NCBI GenBank assembly: GCA_002269645.1
Contig: NIVC01000027.1
Coordinates: 496,001 to 560,000, forward strand
Length of the DNA stretch: 64,000 nt
Direction: 5' to 3'
DNA from: Macrostomum lignano
Taxonomy: Eukaryota
Below are positions 12,541 through 23,346 of the stretch, one piece after another (within the stretch, counting starts at the first letter, position 1; the number at the start of each line of letters is the position of its first letter). The notes under the pieces are model-generated. The model did no database searches, had not been told where the DNA came from, and saw nothing but the letters and a program-made list of their open reading frames with translations. Made by a program: the position numbers and the translations under genes.

Positions 12541-12840
12541 TACCATGCCTTATGTCATTGCCACTTTTTATTTGGCAATAAAAAGTACTTTTTTTCTACG
12601 TAATAACTCGTAAAGTAATAATAAATTAATAAATAGTTGCCAACTATAATCGGGGGTTAGGGTGAACATATAATAGTATACATGTATGTTATTAAGGCCA
12701 CAATGGCAATGCTACATGTACATAAAGCTAGAAAAGCGAAGCCTGAAGTGTGCCTTTCGACCATAGACAAATATGACTTACTCGAAACGAAAGCTGCATG
12801 AATGACATTCCATCTAAGCCAGCTGTGCATTGTAATTATA

Positions 12841-13715
12841 TAGCATTTTGCAGTCAAGTTTGAACTGCGGGCATTCAAATTAGACGCTTGACCAGATCTC
12901 ACTGCTGGCACAAATGCTATCTATGGCCTAGACAAAATCACACTGGTGGGCACTCAATTTAGACAAGGGGCATTCAAATTAGACAAGTTCTCAGGCGCAT
13001 TGGCTGGGCAATTCAAGATCGTGTTGCGTCTGTTGTCAGACAACCATTCTGTGAACCCTGAACTATGAAGATACCTAAGAACAAGTTATAACAAAGTAAG
13101 CATGTGTGAACAAACAAAACAGGGTGCTCAGCACATCAATGAACAAGAGTCTCACAAGAGTCTCATCTGATAGAGAGTTCAAACGATGTCTTCATTTGCC
13201 AGACAGCGTGGGATGAAGCGGAGCGTGTGCTGATACCAGTGAACGCACTTCAGTGGAGTCACGTCATCCATCGCGATTTCCCCGCACCTCTGCAGCACCA
13301 TCAGTCTCCATTGAACGGCAGTCATGTCAGGAGGCGAAACAGCCAATTCTCTCTGAACTTCAGGATTGGACAGCTGCCTCTTGACTGCTGATTTAAAGGC
13401 ACTGTGAGCCAGTTCAACTGGGTTCAGGAAAGGAGAGTAAGGTGGTAAGATCTTCAGTTCAATTCGACCAACCCACTCCTCCGGGATTTGCAATCCGTCG
13501 TGGATTGTCCATGGTCTTTCTCTCTGGCACACATAGACTTTCCGCTGCTTGTCTAATTTGAATGCCCGTTGTCTAAATTGAGTGCCCGTCAGTGTGTTTC
13601 AGTTTGTGCCACAGACATAAAGTTCTGCTTGACTTGGGGACGGATTCTGAAATTTGGCTCTTCCCTTCTTGTCTAATTTGAATGCCCGCAGTTCAAACTT
13701 GACTGCAAAATGCTA
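12841..13715 (-). mobile_element. Internally deleted Tc1/IS630-type (DDE_3) DNA transposon, 875 bp, TA target site duplication
   Basis: Perfect 45-bp TIRs tagcattttgcagtcaagtttgaactgcgggcattcaaattagac (12841-12885) and its reverse complement (13671-13715), flanked by TA at 12839-40 and 13716-17. Inner inverted copies of gggcattcaaattagacaa at about 12949-12988 and 13549-13588. Residual ORF 13179-13532 carries ILPPYSPFLNPVELAHSAFK, with MDN in an adjacent frame. Confidence 0.9.
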
Positions 13716-14140
13716 TACTTTTACCCAGACGCAATGAAAAAATCTTTTGGCCATTATTCCACAGTTTTGATGTGTACCATAGACATTTGGATTGAAAAAA
13801 TCCATCGCTCAGTATTTTTGTTAATAAATGCAGAACAACAAGAAGTAAATGAACAAAAAGGAAAAATCATTAAAACTAAAGTACCAGCTACGCGAAAAGA
13901 GTTAATAATAAATGTCACAGCTAGTGCAGTTTATCAGTTTGTAGTCGAAATTTGACAATGTAAAAATCAATTTGTCACCCAAAGTGAAACATGCATAGTT
14001 CTCAAAGCCGCAGTTTCCAAAGATGCTCGACACTTTAGCCTGATGATTTGGCACTGCAAAAGGAGTTGGTCTATGTTGAATGTTTTCTATGAAAGAGAAA
14101 TACAGGTGCTCAAGTATAGAAATACAGGTGCTCAAGTATC

Positions 14141-15484
14141 ACACTGATGGAACAGCCACTGATGGAACAGCCAGCTGTTAGACACACTGATGGAACAGCC
14201 AGCTGTTAGACACTCTGATGGAACAGCCAGCTGTTAGACACACTGATAGAACAGCCAGCTGTTAGACACACTGATGAAACAGTCAGCTGTTAGACACACT
14301 GATGGAACAGCCAGCTGTTAGACACACTGATGGAACAGCCAGCTGTTAGACACTCTGATGGAACAGCCAGCTGTTAGATACTCTGATGGAACAGCCAGCT
14401 GTTAGACACTCTGATGGAACAGCCAGCTGTTAGACACACTGATGGAACAGCCAGCTGTTAGACACTCTGATGGAACAGCCAGCTGTTAGACACACTGATG
14501 GAACAGCCAGCTGTTAGACACACTGATGAAACAGCCAGCTGTTAGACACTCTGATGGAACAGCCAGCTGTTAGACACTCTGATGGAACAGCCAGCTGTTA
14601 GACACACTGATGGAACAGCCAGCTGTTAGACACTCTGATGGAACAGCCAGCTGTTAGACACACCGATCGATGGAACAGCCAGCTGTTAGACACACCGATC
14701 GATGGAACAGCCAGCTGTTAGACACACTGATGGAACAGTGAGCTGTTAGACACACTGATGGAACAGTGAGCTGTTAGACACACTGATGGAACAGTGAGCT
14801 GTTAGACACACTGATGGAACAGTCAGCTGTTAGACACACTGATGGAACAGCCAGCTGTTAGACACTCTGATGGAACAGCCAGCTGTTAGACACACTGATG
14901 GAACAGCCAGCTGTTAGACACTCTGATGGAACAGCCAGCTGTTAGACACACTGATGGAACAGCCAGCTGTTAGACACACTGATGAAACAGCCAGCTGTTA
15001 GACACTCTGATGGAACAGCCAGCTGTTAGACTCTCTGATGGAACAGCCAGCTGTTAGACACACTGATGGAACAGTCAGCTGTTAGACACACTGATAGAAC
15101 AGCCGGCTGTTAGACACACTGATAGAACAGTCAGCTGTTAGAAATACTGATGGAACAGCCAGCTGTTAGACACACTGTTGGAACAGCCAGCTGTTAGACA
15201 CACTGATGGAACAGCCAGCTGTTAGACACACTGATGGAACAGCCAACTGTAGACACTCTGATAGAACAGCCAGCTGTTAGACACACTGATGGAACAGCCA
15301 GCTGTTAGACACACTGATGGAACAGCCGGCTGTTAGACACACTGATGGAACAGCCAACTGTTATATAGACACACTGGTGGAACAGTCAGCTGTTAGACAC
15401 ACTGATGGAACAGCCGGCTGTTAGACACACTGATGGAACAGCCAGCTGTTAGACACACTGATGGAACAGCCAGCTGTTAGACAC
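14141..15484. repeat. 28-bp minisatellite (acactgatggaacagccagctgttagac), about 48 copies
   Basis: Contiguous units with point variants; internal dyad aacag-ccag-ctgtt. Confidence 0.97.
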
Positions 15485-15782
15485 ATTGGAACACACTATA
15501 ATCATGCACACAATAGGGCCCATCGTCGGTTATTAGAATAGAAGAACCAGTCTGTTACTTTCAAGTGTAACTCGTCAAGTCGCCCTTCTAAGAACTGTTA
15601 CTTGCATAAATTGAATAGCTATATGGCATGTACATGTATTTTCGCTGCAACTTCAGTCAAACAAATTTCTAAAAAACTGGGCTTTACGTGTATTTTCAAA
15701 CGGCTTTTATTTAGATGAACAGAGAAACAATTATCAGTAGTTTCCAGTTTCTTCGATATTCAATCAGTTATTAATCAATCAT

Positions 15783-16625
15783 TCAATCTGAGCAGTGCTC
15801 AAGCCCGCTGTGCTTTCTGCCGATGTGCCGCTTGAGGTTGCCGTTGGTGCTGAAGGTCTCGGCGCAGTCCTTGCACCGGAACGGCTGGTAGCCCACGTGG
15901 CGCTGCATGTGAGTGCGGAACCGCTTCCACGTGGACAGCAGCTCCAGGCACAGGCAGCAGCGAATCTGACAGCCGAGCAAGTACCTGGAGGCTCGGTGAA
16001 GAGTCTGGCAGTGAACCTCCAGGTGGGTGAACAGCTGGCTGGGAGATTGGAATTGACGCTGGCAAACCAGGCACAGGTGCTGCCAGCGCATCCTGCTCTC
16101 GTCCTGGTCTGTTTCAATCAGGCGGAGGCGGCCTAGTGTCGGCACCGGTTTGCCGTCAAAGTCGAGAGCTTCAAAGCGATGCCACGGCACCGGAATCTTG
16201 CGCGGCGACCGGATGCTGCGCTGCTGCACCGGCTGCTGCTGCTGTGGCAGCTCGGTGCTCAATCGAGAACCCGCAGGCTTCTCAACAGCTTTAGATGATG
16301 CAACCAGCTGGTAGAGTCGCAACGGCTTGGTGAGGTAGGTCTTAGCTGGCTTCTTCCTGGGATTCAACTGGACAGCCGAATCTTTGGTTTCTGATCCTTG
16401 CAGATATTCGTTAGTCGAAGCTTCTTCGCATGCTAGCGTCAGCTTTGGCAGCAGAGCATGCAGCCTGCGTCTTTTGCAGTTAGCGGAGCCCGACGTCAAG
16501 GCAGCATTAGACAGCTCGGCGGCGGAAGAAGTCTGTCGCCTATTCTGCTTTAGTTGCCTTCGCCCGTTGACTTTTTTCGGCTTCTGACCGACTTTAGCAG
16601 CGGATTGATTTCGATTTTGTTGCAT
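15783..16625 (-). CDS. C2H2 zinc-finger protein, three C-terminal fingers, single coding exon
   Basis: CLVCQRQFQSPSQLFTHLEVH; CCLCLELLSTWKRFRTHMQRH; linker VGYQPFRC; CKDCAETFSTNGNLKRHIGRKH. First ATG at 16625 (the frame is open to 16679). AATAAA on the minus strand at 15706-15711. Confidence 0.88.
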   Translation of the reverse strand: MQQNRNQSAAKVGQKPKKVNGRRQLKQNRRQTSSAAELSNAALTSGSANCKRRRLHALLPKLTLACEEASTNEYLQGSETKDSAVQLNPRKKPAKTYLTKPLRLYQLVASSKAVEKPAGSRLSTELPQQQQPVQQRSIRSPRKIPVPWHRFEALDFDGKPVPTLGRLRLIETDQDESRMRWQHLCLVCQRQFQSPSQLFTHLEVHCQTLHRASRYLLGCQIRCCLCLELLSTWKRFRTHMQRHVGYQPFRCKDCAETFSTNGNLKRHIGRKHSGLEHCSD

Positions 16626-17208
16626 CGTAGAATTAAATTGAATAGCTGTGTCGTGGGAATCAATAAGAGGAGGGGGCAAAGCCAGAGAAACGGAGGTCCT
16701 ATCGATCGATCTAGCTCCACTGAGTGATGCGCACGGTTAAGAGAGGATAGAGAGGAAAGGAAACGGAGAAACGGAGTCGAGAAAAAAGAACAATTATTCT
16801 ATGACGAAAACTGCCTTAAGCTGTCTTAAGGCTTAAAAATGCATCCGTCTTTCTCTGACTGCAATCAAAATTTCGCTTTGTTTGGGCTTACAAAGAGAGT
16901 CATATAAAAGAGCATCGTGTCCTTCCCGCAGAGTGCAGAAAAAAGGAGTTAATTGGAATCTCCAAAAGAACAAATACATAAATAAGCTTAAGAGCCAGCC
17001 TATAGGGAAACTGGTCTCCCATCGCCAATTATAACCTAACCTTAATAGTTATTTAATTAAAATATCTTTCTAAGAATAAAAAAGCTGAAACATAATTGAG
17101 AATAGACAAAATTATTTTCAAGTGATCGATTTTCAAATTATGAAGGTAAGGTATAGCGCCATGTTTCGAAAGATTGCAACAGAACGGCGCGAATTTAGGA
17201 TTATGGCG

Positions 17209-17497
17209 CAAGAGACCAGAAGGACGCCAAACTGTAGATAGGAGACCATGCAGAAGGGCGCTAAATTGGAGATAGAAGCCCAGGAGGGCGCTAAAATAGA
17301 AATACATGTAGGAGCTCAGAAGGGCGCAGAAAATAGGAGACCAGGAGGGCGCCAAGCTGGAAATAGGAGATCAGAAGGCGCCATGCAAACTATAAATAGA
17401 AGACCAGAAGGGCACCAAACTAGAAATAGGAGACCATGAAGGGCGCCAAACTAGAAATAGGAGACCAGAAGGGCACCAAACTAGAAATAGGAGACCA
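17209..17497. repeat. Degenerate ~30-bp tandem repeat (gaagggcgccaaactagaaataggagacca), about 8-9 copies
   Basis: Read directly; explains the low-complexity ORFs 17248-17439 and 17436-17633. Confidence 0.8.
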
Positions 17498-20400
17498 GAT
17501 CGAAGGGAGCTATACTGGAGATGGGATCTCTGGCCGCCGAAGCAGAGCCTTAAAAAGAATTTTGATTATGCTGCATGCACACTTGGAATTTCGCACAACT
17601 TGTAGCATCACCATCGCCATTCTTCTGCCTTAATGCGCAACATTTCATCCAAATGAAGTAAGTCAAAGAGGAAACGATCTGAAGTACTGAACAACAGTTA
17701 GATTTCAAAAGCCAGAGACTTAAGAATCGAGAGCTTAGATAAACTCGAATTCGGAATTGAATTTTGGGTTTAGATAAGCTACGAGTAAAATTTATTATCG
17801 GAAGAATAGGAGATGCAAACAGAAACAGTAACTCTAGAACAGAGCCTATGCACAGCACAATGCATTTTATCTGTTATCTGTTATCAATTTGATATCAAGT
17901 TGGCCCACATGTCTTTAACTGCCCCTGTCCCACGGCCACAATTCGGAGTTCGAGTCTTCGAGGGTTCTAAAACTCTGTAGCCTCTTGTTTTGTTTTTAAG
18001 TCGATTATTAATCTTTTTCAGGATCGGCTGCATGCGCTGTGGAGTCCTGATTGAACAGAAACTCCTGCTGCAAAAGCAAATACAGGTATCAGCTATCAGC
18101 AAACATAAGATAGGATGAGATGGAAACGCCTTGGAAAACTACGAGTATACCGGTAGTTAAACGATAACACATAGACCCCTCCGTTATCACTTATCTATTA
18201 TCAGCATGAGAACGGAAAGATTTGGTTGGCTGCTCAAGAGGATCGAGAGACCATCCCAAAAGCAGGTAGAAACTTGAAGAAGCAAATAGGCAAGAAGCAC
18301 TGACGGTGATTCACAGGTCAGTCAAGTATTTTATATCCCATTGTCATTATTGAAGCTTATTTGCATGTATATTGTATTGTAAATAGTCGATGGTCAAACT
18401 AGAGCTTAGAATCCTTTGATGACTTGCTGTTAGACTAGACTAGACTGACTCTCAGATTAGAGAAAGCAACTAAACATGTACGTAGATTTTAGCATTGGGA
18501 ATTTGGGATTGAGATGAGGATTTGAGAGTTAAGATTTTGTGCTCCGAGAGAGCAGAGGCGACGCCAGGGCCGACCCGGAACCCGAGTGCAGCGGCTTCTA
18601 TTTTGAATTTCATCGAAATAAATTAAAATACGAGACTGGGAATAAGGCAAATAGCTGAGAGGGCCTGAATTGAGACTGGGGGTTTTAGGGCTCCCTTCTG
18701 CACGCACAGTGAATAAATACGGGCCCACGTTAAAAAAGGAAGGCATGACTCTAGCCGGAGGAACTCTTCCCAAAGTCAGGGGTGGCTCACTTATGTCAAA
18801 CCCCGTCTTATCTTATCAGGAGTCCCGACCCCTCAAACCCCAGCATGGCCCGCGCACAGGCCACGGGCCAACATTGGTCCCCTAACCCACCCCTGCCCAA
18901 CCCCCCTCCCTCCGCCAGACTGTTCATAAAATCAGCGGGCGCCACTCCCGCTCGTTCTTCGTCTTGCTTGTTGGTGCCGCTCCCCCTCTCAGACATTTCA
19001 GAGTTTTCGTAAGCCCTGTCTGGACTTCTTGCTAGCTTTACATTTACAAACAACAAACGCAAGTTCCCCTTCCCTTGTATCGATTTTTTCAGGCTAGCTG
19101 AACATACTAGGGCTCTCTTAATCTCTTTATTTTGTCTATGGCCCCAGCAGACGGCAGCTCCAGCTCGCAGACTTTGATTGTCTATGGCCACAACAGGTAC
19201 GATCTCATGGCTTTTTAACTAGTTTCGATTTCGTTAACAGAGCGGCAACTGCAGCAGCAGAAACAGCTTATAACTATCTATAGATAGAAAAGATCTTCAT
19301 TGAAGCAGGGCGAAGCGATTAAGTCGAATCAAACGAAAACCATCTTGCAAGTTCAGTGGAGAGAGTTGTATCTCGTCAAGCTTAAATTAATAATTATCAG
19401 ACGCGCTGGATCAAAGCTCCGGCACTCTGATATTTGTATAAAGATGAGATTCAACTCCTCCAACTGCACTCATGCTGAGAATAAGCATCTGCGCGAATCC
19501 CCGTTTTAATTTATTTAATTCTGTTCTGTAAACCTGGAGCCTGCCATGGTGGAGGTAAAGGAGCAGTGAGTACTTTATTGAAAGGTCTCTCTTTATAGTT
19601 TCGACTTTCGTGCATTTATGATATATATAAAATGAATAGCTCCGTGATTGTAAATTGTAAAAATAGTTCCTACATTGCTTTTTTGTTGCCTTCATTCATT
19701 GTGTTCATTGACCTTATATTTTCATTCGTGCATCATGAGATTAGTTAAATACTTTAGTGTTGGCCAGTGTTGAAATCATTTTGATAAAACGCATGCATAG
19801 TACAATGTTAGTGAATCAAATAATTGGCCGTATCACCGTACATAAACAATAATAGCAGTAAATTGAACAATTTCAAATGATAAGATAGGAAATTTGGATG
19901 GAACCGACCAGTTTTTATTGTCTATTGACTTTTTTAATTAGTCATCGGTGTGCTTAATTAGTACAGCACCAATTAAGTAGGTAGGCGCTTATTTATTACA
20001 CTTGGTTTTTACCTGTAAGAGAAAGCAATAAATCAATAAAGGGTACGCACAATTAAATCGATATTATTACTGAAACTAAAGCTGTAAGTTAACATGTACA
20101 TGTAAGATGTAATGCATACAGTAACTCATTTGCACAGGTGAAGTTTGTAGACGTTGCTGGAGTTGACTAAACGAAAATACAGTACAACATGCAAAGCCGA
20201 ATCCGATCGCATGTGAGGGTTTCTACATCTATTATCTTAGGTTAAGTACCCAGGAATTAAAGCAGTGTTGGGAGGTTGTCGGGCGAGTACTCGATACTCG
20301 GGATACTCAGTGTTTTTTCGTGATCTGGTACTCGTTTATAATTGAGTTTTGACGAGTTTTACACAAGGAATAATCAACGCTTTGAAACTTTGAAAGTAAC

Positions 20401-20789
20401 TTATCGATTTTCTTTCCTAGAAAACTCAAATCAAAACTTTCAAAAATAATTTTTCCTGTGAAGATTAATAAGATTACTAAAATCTGCACAGCTCTCAGTA
20501 CTTGGTGCTCGTCACCCACTGGGTTAGACTGTTCGGTGATTGGAAGCGACTGAAACAATACTATGGTTGTCACGCATAACTGTGCCACAGTTCTACTACT
20601 ACAAGTAGGCTGGTGCGCGCTTGCACGTATAATATTGTACAGTAAGCACTTTAATGCATGTACGCTTGTATGCTTAAGGCATACAATTTTTACCACTATT
20701 TAAGCGCCATTGCAGTGCGGTAGAGTAAGGCAGTGGGCGAGATTGGGACAGTGGAGCAAGCGGATCAATGTTCAGTGGAGGCGAATGGG

Positions 20790-21400
20790 TTAGTGGGAAA
20801 GAGTGGATCAATTGAAGTGCGGCAGGGGGGGGAGTGGGGTAGTAGGGCAGTGGGGAAGAGTGGGGGAGAGTGGGGAGAGCGGGTCAGTGGGGGAGTGTGG
20901 GAGAGTGGTGGAGTGGGTCAGTAGGGGAGAGTGGGTCAGTGGGGGAGAGTGGGGCAGTGGGAGTGGGGCAATGGGAGTGGGGCAATGGGGGAGGGTGGGG
21001 CAGTAGGAGTGGGGTAGTGGGGGAGAATGGGGCAGTGGGGCAGTGGGGGAGAGTGGGGCAGTGGGGGAGTGGGGGAGTGGGGTAGTGGAGGAGGGTGGGG
21101 CAGTGGGGGATTGGGGGAGAGTGGGGTAGAGGGGAGAGTGGGGCAGTGGGGGAGTGGAGCAGTGGGGGAGTGGGGTAGTGGGGGAGTGGGGTAGTGGGGG
21201 AGTGGGGTAGTGGAGTAGTGGGGGAGAGTGGGGCAGTGGGGGATTGGGGGAGAGTGGGGTAGTGGGGGAGAGTGGGGCAGTGGGGGAGTGGAGCAGTGGG
21301 GAGTGGGGTAGTGGGGGAGTGGGGTAGAGGGGAGAGTGGAGCAGTGGGGAGTGGGGTAGTGGGGAGTGGGGTAGTCGAGGAGGGTGGGGCAGTTGGGGAT
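20790..21400 (+). repeat. G-rich low-complexity array (ggggagtggggcagt-like) with dense G4-G6 runs
   Basis: Dozens of G-runs separated by 1-5 nt linkers. Confidence 0.9.
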
Positions 21401-22342
21401 TGAGCAGCTAAAAAACAAATAAAGTAGATTGAAAAAGCACAAACAGGATTTTTATTGAGCTTTGTGAGAAAGCAAGCAAAAATATAACAATGAACACACA
21501 ATAAGAGTTTATAGACTCCCTATATTTAGCATCGTGTTGGTTTATTTGCTGTTTGAATCGTTCTGTCACTCTACTCGTATTAAATAGCCCGCACATTTAA
21601 TAGTTTAAGCAAGCTTCATTAGATCAGTCATCTAGAAACGGCCATAGTATCGAACACAATTGTTTAATATATTTAATTACTTAATAACTTAATTAGTTTA
21701 TAAAGTACAAATAAGAAAGGTGCCTACAATAGAAAAAAATTGAAAAAAAAACCATTACAATGGAAATTTGCATACTTATACTATAACATATTAAAGTACA
21801 TTTCTACAAAGTATATATTACATTTTACGAACAAACATATACTGAATTATTATTTACTAATCTTTGCTATTAACTGGTTACGACTGTAGCAGAGGGGAGG
21901 GGAGACAAAAGAAAAACTTCGGATAAAAAATAAAAAATATTAATTTAACAATAGCAATAATATAAGTTACTACTTAAGTGGAACTAGTTATAATAAGAGA
22001 ACAACAAAAATTGATTTGCGAATTTGTGAATTATTTAGCATTAATAATTTTGTCTTGCTCGCCAATTAAATAGAATTAATTAATTCAGCCGATACTACAT
22101 TGATATCAAGCGCATCTATCTTCCTCAAACATGGGTTATCAACACACTTCATTTTCTATTTATAAATTTTTCATTCACACGGAATTATCCCCAGCAACAA
22201 GTTCACGGGCATACTTGTGTTATTATACATCTCTAGGATAACGTTTAACAAACAGCATAGCAACGGGGAGATATTGGACTGACGCTAATAAAAAAGTGAG
22301 TTCATTTGATGCGACCATTAGGTAATGCGATTTCTTTAGATC

Positions 22343-23140
22343 CGACTCCGAGGAACTGGGATTCCCCTAGATATGAATTAGAGGAAGTGGGATTCCCCTA
22401 GATACGAAACAGAGGATCTAGGATTCCCCTAGATACGACTCAAAGGAACAGGGATTTCCCCAGATACGGCTCCGAGGAACTGGGATTCGCCTAGATACGA
22501 TTTAGAGGAACAGGGATTTCCCTAGATACGACTCAGGGGAACTGGGATTTCCCTAGATACGACTCAGGGGAACTGGGAGTTCCCTAGATACGAGGAACTG
22601 GGATTCCCCTAGATACGACTCAGAGGAACTGGGATTCCCCTAGATACGACTCCGAGGAACTGGGATTCCCCCAGATGCGATTTAGAGGAACTGGGATTCC
22701 CCCAGATGCGATTTAGAGGAACAGGGATTTCCCAAGATACGACTCAGGGGAACTGGGATTTCCCTAGATACGACTCAGAGGAACTGGGATTCCCCTAGAT
22801 ACGACTCCGAGGAACTGGGATTCCCCTAGATACGACTCCGAGGAACTGGGATTCCCCCAGATGCGATTTAGAGGAACTGGGATTCCCCCAGATGCGATTT
22901 AGAGGAACAGGGATTTCCCAAGATACGACTCAGGGGAACTGGGATTCCCCTAGATACGACTCAGAGGAACTGGGATTCCCCTAGATACGACTCCGAGGAA
23001 TTGGGATTCCCCCAGATGCGATTTAGAGGAACTGGGATTCCCCCAGATGCGATTTAGAGGAACAGGGATTTCCCAAGATACGACTCAGGGGAACTGGGAT
23101 TTCCCTAGATACGACTCAGGGAACTGGGATTCCCCTAGAT
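22343..23140. repeat. 31-bp minisatellite (gatacgactcagaggaactgggattccccta), about 26 copies, 3' of UBE2V
   Basis: Read directly; most units carry GGGATTCCCC or GGGATTTCCC. Confidence 0.95.
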
Positions 23141-23346
23141 TTGACTAAAGAGAACTGGCGCTTCCCAGAAATGGATTACCTAACCAACACAAGAAACACC
23201 CGGTTGCTAAAACAAAATTAGCTGTGGTATTTTCCAAAACTATAAAAAAATCATATTCATATTTATACGAAGCAAGTCGACATCAGAACGAACGGACCAA
23301 TTTTGAATTATATAATCAAGCATTACTTTAAAGTAGTATTTTAGTA

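Noticed and set aside
14270-15000. Hammerhead ribozyme core (ctgatga..gaaa)
   Set aside because: ctgatgaaac appears only as a point variant of the monomer, with no flanking helices.
14141-15484. CRISPR-like array (28-bp partly palindromic repeat)
   Set aside because: Units are contiguous with no unique spacers, there are no cas genes, and the context is eukaryotic.
18489-19191. RNase H-like fragment (RAGAAVCWG) or retroelement remnant
   Set aside because: No catalytic acidic residues in register; the segment lies between two ggccatagacaa direct repeats; no RT motifs nearby.
20263-20335. hAT-like end (cagtgttggg..tactcg repeats)
   Set aside because: No partner TIR or TSD found.
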